A stretch of 42,741 nt of DNA from Limnochordia bacterium. GTDB taxonomy: Bacteria > Bacillota > Limnochordia > DTU080. A program made the position numbers and the translations under genes. The DNA lies in the NCBI GenBank assembly GCA_050951545.1, contig JBMNJG010000015.1:1-42741 (forward strand). Reading direction: 5' to 3'. Position 1 is the stretch's first letter. Every line of letters starts with the position of its first letter. Under the pieces are notes generated by a model. That model ran no database searches and was not told the origin of the DNA. It worked only from the letters and a program-made list of their open reading frames with translations. Positions 1 through 8,526 of this stretch are shown here, in pieces.

Positions 1-2
1 CG

Positions 3-1769
3 AAGGTGACCCCCGCGGGCCGAAACTACCTGGTCACTCCAGAGACGGGGGTTGCGGAGGTCCTCGTTCATCTACGCTCGGACGTGACGGGTGCTGGCCG
101 AGTCGAATTGCCCTTCCGCGTACTCCCGATGGAGTGGTGCTTTGCTACCATACCCGTCACGGGTGACCTCCAATGGGGGACGCTACCCTTCCTGCTTAGA
201 GCGGATACGCCCCTGGAGCTGGTTGAGAAAAGCCTGCTGGTGCGCACGTATTTCAGTGAACTTGTGCGATTGCAGGTGAAGCTCCTGATCAATGGGGAAC
301 CAGCCTCCGTATATGTGGAGCAACAGCTAGGCGCTGGCATTAAACGAGCCCGGGTGGAATTGAACCACTTTCATGATGCTCTGCTGGCTCACATCAATGA
401 AGAGGTAGAGTTGCACCTTGAGGTGAGTGGTGAGAAATTCGCGTGGCAGGCTCACGTGGCGACCATTGAGCTGAATTGGCGCGTGGAAAACCTGCTTGTG
501 TTCATAAGTGAGGGCGGCACCTACTCCCTTCAGGCTAGTTGGCAAGAGATCTCCCCGCCCAATGGACAAAGATATCTGACGCTAAGGGACCTGTGGCGCC
601 CCGGGCGCACATTGCGCGTTCCGATCTCGGACTCTGCCTCTCGAGTGACTGCCGAGTTTTCAAGGACCGAGCTGTTGCCCGGGCGCTACAAGGTGGGCTT
701 TGAGGTGCCGCCGCGCTGGGGGAAAACGGCTCGCCATCCCGTGAAAATGACTCCCCAACCGATACTTGAGATCGGCAAGGATGAGTGGTCCAGGCTTGTC
801 GCTGGCAGTAGAACCCCTGCGCAGTGGCTTGTGGCGGCTCACGCTCGGTTGGATATCGGGCGGGTGGCGTTTCGAGAGTTGACGCTACCCCGCCGAGCGC
901 TCTGGCAAGAGGCCGAGTTGGTGGGCTTAGGTGAGTTGCTCGTACAAGCCACACAAGCGGGGCACGTGATGAGCTTTGCGCCGCTGATTCGAGAGTGGGC
1001 TACAGACGAATCTACGCTGTTTTGCGTGAGCGAAGCGTTTGCTACTGCGGTGCCCAGGGCCGATGTGCGAACCCTAGGCATGGCCCTTGAACTGCATGTG
1101 CGTCCCAACCCTGGGAGAAAGCAAACAGACCTAGCCACTTATGCTTCTTGGCCAGTGTTGGCGACACTGCATGGGTATCAGTCGTTACCACCTCTACAGT
1201 GCGCGAAGGAGCACGCCTGGGGCCTGGCGTATGCGCTGCGCGATCCCGAGGCTGTTGCTGACGAGGTGCCAGAAGGTCTTGGCCAACATGCGCCCGGCGC
1301 CTTGTTAGCCAAGTGGTTGGGCGAAAAGGGGAGCACAAGCATGTTGCGGCACCTGAAAGATACTGGCCGGCTCCACGGTGCTGTCGAATCCATGCAGGCG
1401 CACCATGCCCAACTGGTTGAGTTCGCGAAACGGCTGAGAAAAGCAGGTCATAAACCACCCAAGAGCCTGGAGACTACGATCGACGCTCACGATGACTTGT
1501 TACGCGCGTTGCGGATGAAAGAGAGTACATTCGCCGCAGACGCGCCTTCTGCTAACCGGACAGTGCGGCTCGCCTATGTCTGCGCCGCTGTTGCCTTGTT
1601 GCAAAGAATGATGGTGAGAGACTACGCCAGAACGAGGCGTATGCTTGACAACCACCCCGAGTGGATTGAGGTAAGTATCATCTGCCCCCCGCTTCATGAC
1701 TACTACCTTCTCCTTGCCGAGACTTATTTTCGCGAGGCGGATCCAGTAAAACAGTATCGAAGGAGATAG
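3..1769 (+). CDS. Large hypothetical protein, 5'-truncated by the window edge; positional DruH-like partner of the helicase
   Basis: Frame is open from position 3. Beta-rich/Ig-like segments (LTLRDLWRP...LLPGRYKVGF) precede a helical C-terminus. Stop lies 5 bp before the helicase ATG. DruH-like call is inferred from context only. Confidence 0.55.
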   Translation, partial: KVTPAGRNYLVTPETGVAEVLVHLRSDVTGAGRVELPFRVLPMEWCFATIPVTGDLQWGTLPFLLRADTPLELVEKSLLVRTYFSELVRLQVKLLINGEPASVYVEQQLGAGIKRARVELNHFHDALLAHINEEVELHLEVSGEKFAWQAHVATIELNWRVENLLVFISEGGTYSLQASWQEISPPNGQRYLTLRDLWRPGRTLRVPISDSASRVTAEFSRTELLPGRYKVGFEVPPRWGKTARHPVKMTPQPILEIGKDEWSRLVAGSRTPAQWLVAAHARLDIGRVAFRELTLPRRALWQEAELVGLGELLVQATQAGHVMSFAPLIREWATDESTLFCVSEAFATAVPRADVRTLGMALELHVRPNPGRKQTDLATYASWPVLATLHGYQSLPPLQCAKEHAWGLAYALRDPEAVADEVPEGLGQHAPGALLAKWLGEKGSTSMLRHLKDTGRLHGAVESMQAHHAQLVEFAKRLRKAGHKPPKSLETTIDAHDDLLRALRMKESTFAADAPSANRTVRLAYVCAAVALLQRMMVRDYARTRRMLDNHPEWIEVSIICPPLHDYYLLLAETYFREADPVKQYRRR

Positions 1770-1774
1770 CACCC

Positions 1775-4700
1775 ATGTCGTTGCATCCACTTGAAACCGC
1801 GCAAGCAGTCGAAGATTCCTATCGCTCCTATTTGTTGACCACCTTTCGATTTAAAGATGATCACATGCAGTCGATGTGGCAAGCCCGGTTGCAGGAGCCC
1901 GGGGCGATTGCCAAGGGACCCTATTTGGAGGCTACTCCGCCGTATATTGCAGATTGCTCGGTGGAGGAGTTGTGCACTTCGGGCTTTCTACATCGGGATC
2001 TCCTAAGAGCGGATAAGGACTCGCTTCCTCCGGACCGTCGGCTCTACCGGCATCAAGTGGAAGCTATAGAAAAGCTTCTCGCCGGACGTAATGTGGTTGT
2101 CGCCACGGGCACTGGTAGCGGCAAAACGGAGACTTTTCTGCTACCCATACTCGACCATCTGCTCGAAGAAAGCGCGGCTGGGACACTAGGGCCAGGGGTG
2201 CGGGCGCTGCTTCTGTACCCGATGAACGCCTTAGTCAATGACCAGCTTGGACGGCTGAGGGAATTGCTGGCCGCTTTTCCTGCCATCACATTTGGGCGTT
2301 TCACAGGGGAGACCAAGAATGACCCGAAAGAGGCACTAGACCACTTTGTCACGACCAATCCGGGGGAAGCCATACTTCCCAACGAAAGATTGTCCCGGGA
2401 CGAGATCAGGCTGGCTCCCCCGCACATTCTGGTCACCAACTTCGCCATGCTGGAGTACCTGCTATTGCGCCCCGTAGATACTCCCTTGTTTGACGACCCT
2501 ACCTTTGCTCGGCATTGGCGCTACATTGTCCTTGACGAGGCCCACAGTTACGATGGCGCTAAGGGCGCGGAGATTGGCATGCTGTTGCGGCGTTTGCGGC
2601 AAAGAGTTGTAGGAGGTACTCCGGGTCTTTTGCAGTGCATCGCCACCAGTGCTACGTTAGGGCGTGGTCGGCAAGATGCCCAAGCTGTTGTGAATTTCGC
2701 TAGCCAGCTTTTCGGAGAGACGTTTGAGTGGCAGAAGGATGATCCGCAACGCCAGGACGTGATCTTCGCCAGTAGAGTACCTAGCGAGGTAGCCGTCGCA
2801 GGCAAGACGTGGACAGCTTCTCGACCCTATTACTGTGGCTTGAAACAAGCCCTCGGGGAGGGAAACGGGCGCCAGGTGACGCATTTGCTCCAGGAAGCGG
2901 GTGTTCCTGCAGACGCCGTGAACCAGCTTTCTGCAGCAGTAGAGATCGTCCAGGGGGAGCGGGAGACCGCCGCGGCAAGTGCTTTGGGCACCGTAGAGAC
3001 ACCAGTGGCAGCCCATGGGGGAACAATTAACGCCGCTTTGTTTGCCGCTTTGAGCGAGGATGCGCATGTACAACGCCTGAAACAACGGCTTTCCGCTGGT
3101 CCAGCCGAACCTTATGAGCTGGCGCCGCTATTGTGGCCTGAGCTGCCCATAGAGGAGGCGATAGAGGAGCTCGTCAGTCTCGTGGAACTCGGTACGCGAG
3201 CCAAACCAGACGAGAGTAGTAGCGCACTCTTGCCCGCCCGTTATCATCACTTTGTACGGGCTCTTGAAGGGGTTTTTGTTCGCTTTGCCCCCGACGCGGA
3301 ACTATACCTGCATCGAGAGGTTCAGCGTGAAGGAGCGGTTTTTGAGGCAGCCGTCTGCCGCCAGTGCGGGCAACTCTACGTGACGGGTAAACGAGATAGT
3401 GAGCAGCGTTTGACCCAAAGCTCCTTTGAAGGATCGGAGCTCTACATGCTCGCGCCGGAAATGCTGAACCCCGATGAAGACGATGAGGACGAACAGATCC
3501 TGCACGAGGCCGATGTCGCAAACACTACGCCCCTTTATCTATGCGCGTGGTGTGGCCAGGTGCACCCCAAGCGGCCACTGGCCTGCTGCCCCAGAGGTCG
3601 CCTCGTGCGTGTTTGGGAAGTGAAACGCTCGGCGACGGGTCTGACGCGTTGCGGTGCTTGCGGCACTCGGGCGCAAGACCCGGTCTCCACCGTGCAGACG
3701 GGCCGCGATGCTCCTGCGGCGGTGTTAGCTAGCGCTCTTTACGAACGTCTACCTGAATACTGCCGCAAACCGCCATCGAGGCCAGCTGCTGTCCCCTCGC
3801 GCTGGGGTCGAGTGCCCCACGCTTCCCGCGATATCGAGGGGCGCCCGACACGTAAGCTGCTGACCTTCTCGGATAGCCGTCAGGACGCGGCGTTCTTCGC
3901 CTGGTATTTGGGCTCTACGCATAACGACATGCTGTGGCGTCGTGCCGTCTTGCAGGCCGTCCGACAGCTTGAGAAGCAGTATGGCGTGCGTCCACGTGTT
4001 TCTGATATCATTAATCCTCTGGTTGAAATTGCGGATGCCGCCGGGCTTTTCCTGGACGCGGTCACGGACATAGAAAAGAGCCGCCAAGCGTGGCGCTTTC
4101 TCCTGCGAGAGTTTAAGGCTGGGCTTCGCGTGAGTGGTCTTGAGAGTACTGGCGCTTTGGCCTTCCACCCGGAAGCGGATTTTTGCCCCTTGGATTTTGC
4201 CCCGTGGTCTTTGTCACCAGCGCAGAGCGGCGAACTATGGCGTTTGCTGCTCGATCAGTTTCGCATCCGGGGTGCGATTCGCTTTCCACCGGATGTTTCG
4301 CCGACAGATGAGTTTTTTGCTCCCACGAATCGCAAGGTCTATTACCACGCAGCTGAGACCCGCACCACGCGGGAGGGAACCGTGCTGAGTTGGGCACCGA
4401 AACGGGACAAAAATGGGCGAACGGACCTGCTAACTCGCCTGCTGGCTGCAAAGGGCGTAGAGGACGCGGCGGCTGTCAAAGAGGCTGTGTATGGGAGCTG
4501 GAGTCTGCTCGCGGAGGATTTGGCCAAAGAGGACGAGCTCGTGCGTGCTATTCAGCTAACGGATGTGGGGCGGTGTTACCAAACGGATCCCGATTTCTGG
4601 AAGGTGACCACGCAAGGCCCGTGGGGGCAGTGTAGCCGCTGCGGTACACTGACCAGTAGGCCCAGGCTAGGTATCTGCCCGGTTTACCGTTGTGATGGCG

Positions 4701-6640
4701 TGGTGCGACCGATTGAACCAGAACATGCGCTTCGCGACCATCACTATCACCGTCTTTACAACGTCCCGATTCTGACCCCCATGCGTGTCGAAGAGCATAC
4801 GGCGCAGCTAGGCCCCGATGCCGGAAGTCAGATTCAGGAACAGTTTGAAAATGGGCAGGTGAACGTGCTTAGTTGTTCCACGACGTTCGAGCTCGGGGTG
4901 GATCTCGGCGAACTTGAGGCGGTGATGCTGCGCAATGTACCCCCGGAACCAGCCAACTATGTGCAGCGGGCAGGACGAGCAGGGCGCAGGCGTGATGCCA
5001 CAGCTTTTGTGCTCACCTTTGCCCAACGTCGTTCTCACGATGCGGCGCACTTTCGCCAACCACAACGGATGATCGCAGGAGAGATTGCTCCCCCTAGCAT
5101 CACTTTGCGCAATGAGAAGCTGGTTCGCCGACATCTCTACGCGTGTGTCTTCTCATGGTATTTCCGTAAGCGCGCCGACGAGTTTCGTGATCTTCGCTAC
5201 CTGGCCGCACTGGTACCCGAAGGAAGGCCATTTGCGGTACTTGAGGATCTTTGCCAGTGCCTGCAGAGCCGTCCCCACGACCTACTCAAGATTCTCGAAG
5301 AGGTCTTGCCCCTGGAGATGCAAGAAGCCTTAGGAATCGCGGATTGGAGTTGGGTCGAAAGGCTAGCCTCACCGGACCCCGAGGTCGGCGCGGCCTTGTA
5401 TCGGGCAATCAGCGACCTGAGTACCCAACTGGAAGAGATTGATCGGGTGCGGACTGAACGCTTTGCCCAAGGTAAATCCTCGGACTATCTGTTGCGTCTG
5501 CGTGCGACGCTCACGGGAAGGGATGTTATTTCCTTTCTGTCAACGGCAGGTGTTGTGCCAAAATATGGTTTTCCGGTGGATGTGGTCGGCTTGCAGATTC
5601 TCAATGACAGCGTGGAAGCGGGCCGCCTGGAACTGCAACGTGATTTGCGCTTGGCCATCGGGGAGTTCTCTCCGGGCAGCCAAGTGGTCGCCGGGGGCTA
5701 TGTGTGGACCAGCTATGCCCTCAAGAAGGCGCCGCGCAAAGATTGGGAGCGACGTAGCTATGCCCTATGTGGCGAGTGCGAGGCGTACAGCGAACGACTT
5801 GATATAGATCAAGAGACTCAACTAGTTTGTTCGGGATGTGGCCAAGTCATCCCCCGAACGCGTACCTATGTAGTGCCGGAGTTTGGGTTTGTCACCAGGC
5901 GCGAGGACGCCTTGACGCGGCCCCGACAGACACGCCCCCAGCGGGGTCATACGTCTCGAGTCTTCTTCAGTCATATGGATGAGCAGACCCCCTTTAGCGA
6001 GCATCAGCAGGGGATTGCGTCCTTGCCAGGCGGGGCGGTGGAGTGGATTTTCTCTTCACGGGGCAATCTGGCGGTGATCAATCAGGGAACGGCGGGGGCC
6101 GGGTATCGGCTCTGTAGGGTCTGTGGTTTTGCCGAACCCATGGCAGGGGCCAACAAGGCGAAACCCCTGCACGATCGGCCGATGGGCGGCAAGTGCGAGA
6201 ATCGACGCCTCGACTGGGTAGATCTGGGGCATCGTTTCAGCACCGATGTGTTTTCCATGCACTTTCCGTTTGCTCAGCCTGATCAAGGATTCTGGCTTTC
6301 GCTTGTCTACGCCTTGCTAGGAGGCGTCAGCGCTGCCATGGACGTGGCGCAGGCAGACATAGATGGTTGCGTCTATGTTGATCTGGGGGGGCTGGCGCGG
6401 CCGGCACTGATCATTTTCGACGATGTCCCGGGTGGCGCGGGTCACACCAAACGTCTTGTGGAGCCCGGAGCCCTAGAGCAGGTGCTAAAGGCTGCCTTAT
6501 GGCGCGTAAACGATTGTGAGTGCGGAAGTGATACCAGTTGCTATGCCTGTTTGCGCAGCTACAGAAATCAGTGGTGCCATGACAGATTGGTTCGCGGTCC
6601 TGTCGCGGATTACCTAAAGCGCTTATTGGGGGTCAACTAG
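1775..6640 (+). CDS. druE: DEAD/DEAH-box helicase with Zn-binding motifs and C-terminal DUF1998 (Druantia DruE-like)
   Basis: GPYLE N-terminal motif, ATGTGSGKT (motif I), YPMNALVNDQ, LDEAH, ATSAT, FSDSRQDAA, EHTAQL, STTFELGVDLG, YVQRAGRAGRR, several CxxC pairs, and DDVPGGAG...CECGSDTSCYACLRSYRNQ (DUF1998-type). Confidence 0.8.
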   Translation: MSLHPLETAQAVEDSYRSYLLTTFRFKDDHMQSMWQARLQEPGAIAKGPYLEATPPYIADCSVEELCTSGFLHRDLLRADKDSLPPDRRLYRHQVEAIEKLLAGRNVVVATGTGSGKTETFLLPILDHLLEESAAGTLGPGVRALLLYPMNALVNDQLGRLRELLAAFPAITFGRFTGETKNDPKEALDHFVTTNPGEAILPNERLSRDEIRLAPPHILVTNFAMLEYLLLRPVDTPLFDDPTFARHWRYIVLDEAHSYDGAKGAEIGMLLRRLRQRVVGGTPGLLQCIATSATLGRGRQDAQAVVNFASQLFGETFEWQKDDPQRQDVIFASRVPSEVAVAGKTWTASRPYYCGLKQALGEGNGRQVTHLLQEAGVPADAVNQLSAAVEIVQGERETAAASALGTVETPVAAHGGTINAALFAALSEDAHVQRLKQRLSAGPAEPYELAPLLWPELPIEEAIEELVSLVELGTRAKPDESSSALLPARYHHFVRALEGVFVRFAPDAELYLHREVQREGAVFEAAVCRQCGQLYVTGKRDSEQRLTQSSFEGSELYMLAPEMLNPDEDDEDEQILHEADVANTTPLYLCAWCGQVHPKRPLACCPRGRLVRVWEVKRSATGLTRCGACGTRAQDPVSTVQTGRDAPAAVLASALYERLPEYCRKPPSRPAAVPSRWGRVPHASRDIEGRPTRKLLTFSDSRQDAAFFAWYLGSTHNDMLWRRAVLQAVRQLEKQYGVRPRVSDIINPLVEIADAAGLFLDAVTDIEKSRQAWRFLLREFKAGLRVSGLESTGALAFHPEADFCPLDFAPWSLSPAQSGELWRLLLDQFRIRGAIRFPPDVSPTDEFFAPTNRKVYYHAAETRTTREGTVLSWAPKRDKNGRTDLLTRLLAAKGVEDAAAVKEAVYGSWSLLAEDLAKEDELVRAIQLTDVGRCYQTDPDFWKVTTQGPWGQCSRCGTLTSRPRLGICPVYRCDGVVRPIEPEHALRDHHYHRLYNVPILTPMRVEEHTAQLGPDAGSQIQEQFENGQVNVLSCSTTFELGVDLGELEAVMLRNVPPEPANYVQRAGRAGRRRDATAFVLTFAQRRSHDAAHFRQPQRMIAGEIAPPSITLRNEKLVRRHLYACVFSWYFRKRADEFRDLRYLAALVPEGRPFAVLEDLCQCLQSRPHDLLKILEEVLPLEMQEALGIADWSWVERLASPDPEVGAALYRAISDLSTQLEEIDRVRTERFAQGKSSDYLLRLRATLTGRDVISFLSTAGVVPKYGFPVDVVGLQILNDSVEAGRLELQRDLRLAIGEFSPGSQVVAGGYVWTSYALKKAPRKDWERRSYALCGECEAYSERLDIDQETQLVCSGCGQVIPRTRTYVVPEFGFVTRREDALTRPRQTRPQRGHTSRVFFSHMDEQTPFSEHQQGIASLPGGAVEWIFSSRGNLAVINQGTAGAGYRLCRVCGFAEPMAGANKAKPLHDRPMGGKCENRRLDWVDLGHRFSTDVFSMHFPFAQPDQGFWLSLVYALLGGVSAAMDVAQADIDGCVYVDLGGLARPALIIFDDVPGGAGHTKRLVEPGALEQVLKAALWRVNDCECGSDTSCYACLRSYRNQWCHDRLVRGPVADYLKRLLGVN

Positions 6641-6671
6641 GAGTAGTCGCGAAAGCGCTTCATCGGGGTCG

Positions 6672-6699
6672 CAACATCCATGTTGCTCCATGGATGTTG
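6672..6699. repeat. 11-bp perfect inverted repeat CAACATCCATG-N6-CATGGATGTTG at the helicase/SBP junction
   Basis: Read directly; no U-tract follows. Confidence 0.8.
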
Positions 6700-7468
6700 T
6701 CGAGACAGCAGGGACCGCGCTTCCCAGTACGTGGGACGGTTTGGTCAACTTCGCCAAGAAGCTTACGAAGCTCGGCCCAGATGGCCGACCTGAAGTGTTC
6801 GGCTACTCTGTATATAGCCTCGGTGGTTCGGTCTCTTTCATCGACTTCGAGAGATGTCTTGAGCAACTGGGAACCAGAAGTATCGAGATGGATTCGGGCG
6901 CGATCAATATCAACAGCGATGCCGGACGCGGAGCACTTAACTATCTTGCCGGCGTTGTACAGGCGGGTATGCCCAATCTCCAAAGAGGTAGCTTCATTCT
7001 CGGTAATGTCGCCGTTATGCACTGGGCCAGTCCGCGCGAACTCAGCGACGCCATCAATGCTTTTGGTGGCGCGGAAAAGGCCAACTTGTCCTTGCAGCGT
7101 TATGTGGGCCCTGAGCCCGGCAGAGATCTGACTCACTATTGGTCGGGCATTCTGTTCATGGTGTCTACCACCAAGCACCCGCAAGAAGCCTGGCGGGTGA
7201 TAGAAACCTGGATGCTATGCCTCACTGGGAGTTTGGCCCCTTTGCCTATCCCGAACTGCGTACAGGTCCATACGCAGACCAGATAATCAGGGTGATGGAC
7301 GGGCCCATCATACCCTACGGCTCTCGCCATCCTTTGTATACCGCGTTTCGTACCCCGGTTGGCGACATCTTGACTCAGGCCATTCAAGGAAAGATGCCAG
7401 TGCCAGCTGCACTTGAGCAGGCAGAAAAAACGCTGCGGCAAATCGTGGCTGAAGCGGAGAAGAAGTAG
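6690..7468 (+). pseudogene. Sugar ABC solute-binding protein remnant (N-terminus missing, frameshift near 7209-7245)
   Basis: LPSTWDGL...GPEPGRD...HPQEAWRV lies in one frame and YGSRHP...ALEQAEK in another. Colinear with the C-terminal two-thirds of the SBP at 26778-28073; no signal peptide. Confidence 0.8.
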
Positions 7469-7470
7469 TC
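7209..7470 (+). repeat. 262-bp direct repeat, copy 1
   Basis: Matches 21539-21800 except at 7276/21606 and 7442/21772. Confidence 0.95.
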
Positions 7471-7770
7471 TGCTAGCTTTCTCTGGGGTTCAAGTCTGAG
7501 GCCCTAATCCCGGCATCCATGGTTGGGAAATCGAGCGGGCCAGTTTCGTACGTCGCGACGCGTCTCCAGCATAGCACTTGCGTAAGCACGCATACTGTCG
7601 ATTGGTTGTACTGGATCTCCAGCGATTGCCGTAGTTCAAAGAGTGGATGTGGCACTCAGCCACCACGCTATTTCAGTTGACGTGTGCGGGATTGTGGAGA
7701 GCTCTTTCAGAAGTCAGCACGTGACAAGGAGGAAAACGAGGACACCAGGGTTGCCGAGGGGGGTTAAGCG

Positions 7771-8385
7771 TTGGCCGATCGAATTCCAGACATTGGAATC
7801 CTCTGCGACGATCACGTACCCGATGACGACGTCGATGCGTTGGCAAGCGCTCTAGCAGTGGGCGGGTTGGACATTCAGATCAGGCGGCGACGGTCTGGTC
7901 CCTACGCTGGCCTAGAATGGCTAGCGGTTACAAGCCTAGTGGTGTATATCTTCAGACCTTATCTCGATGCCTTTCTGGGAGAGGCCGGAAAGGACCACTA
8001 CCAGTTGCTTAAGTCGGCTTTGTCGTCGGTGAGCAAGGCGGTTATGGGCAAGGGGAGGATCATTGAAGCCGGGGGTGTGTCAAGGTCAAGTCGTTTCTCC
8101 ACGGAGTTATCTCTGATAGCCGAAGATGATGACGGTCAGCGGTTCAAGCTTCTCTTCCGAAATCTTGCGTCACCAGAAGACATTGAGGCGGCTGTTGGGG
8201 CATTTCTAACGTTCCTTGAGCGGTACTTCACTGAGGAAATCGATGAGAACATGAAGCGGGAATGTGAGCGCGTGAGATGCTCAGGAGGTACCGTCCTGGT
8301 TACTTACGAGCCTGATCGACAGCGATTGGTTGTTGTCGATCCCTTACCGCGCCATATCCGGGACAGGGTGGACTCTGCGAGATGA
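7771..8385 (+). CDS. Hypothetical protein (204 aa) with one central hydrophobic helix
   Basis: TTG start with GAGGGGG RBS upstream; protein-like composition; GPYAGLEWLAVTSLVVYIFRPYLDAFLGEAGKDHY segment. Confidence 0.7.
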   Translation: MADRIPDIGILCDDHVPDDDVDALASALAVGGLDIQIRRRRSGPYAGLEWLAVTSLVVYIFRPYLDAFLGEAGKDHYQLLKSALSSVSKAVMGKGRIIEAGGVSRSSRFSTELSLIAEDDDGQRFKLLFRNLASPEDIEAAVGAFLTFLERYFTEEIDENMKRECERVRCSGGTVLVTYEPDRQRLVVVDPLPRHIRDRVDSAR

Positions 8386-8416
8386 TCACGCAGGTGACAA
8401 GCCCCCGGCGCAGAAG

Positions 8417-8436
8417 AGTATGTAACGGTACATACT
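8417..8436. promoter_or_regulatory. Palindrome AGTATGTA-ACGG-TACATACT upstream of the DUF499 operon; candidate operator
   Basis: Perfect 8-bp arms in the intergenic gap; function is inferred. Confidence 0.4.
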
Positions 8437-8526
8437 GCCCTTACGAAGAGCATCGTGGTCTGGTTAGGAAACGCGTTGGCGGGATAGCTTTCGACCAACC
8501 ATGTGGAGGTCAGTCTGTCGGGGGGG

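Noticed and set aside
7473-7855. Short ORFs 7473-7655 (-) and 7643-7855 (+)
   Set aside because: No recognisable motifs or RBS; the second overlaps the 204-aa gene out of frame.
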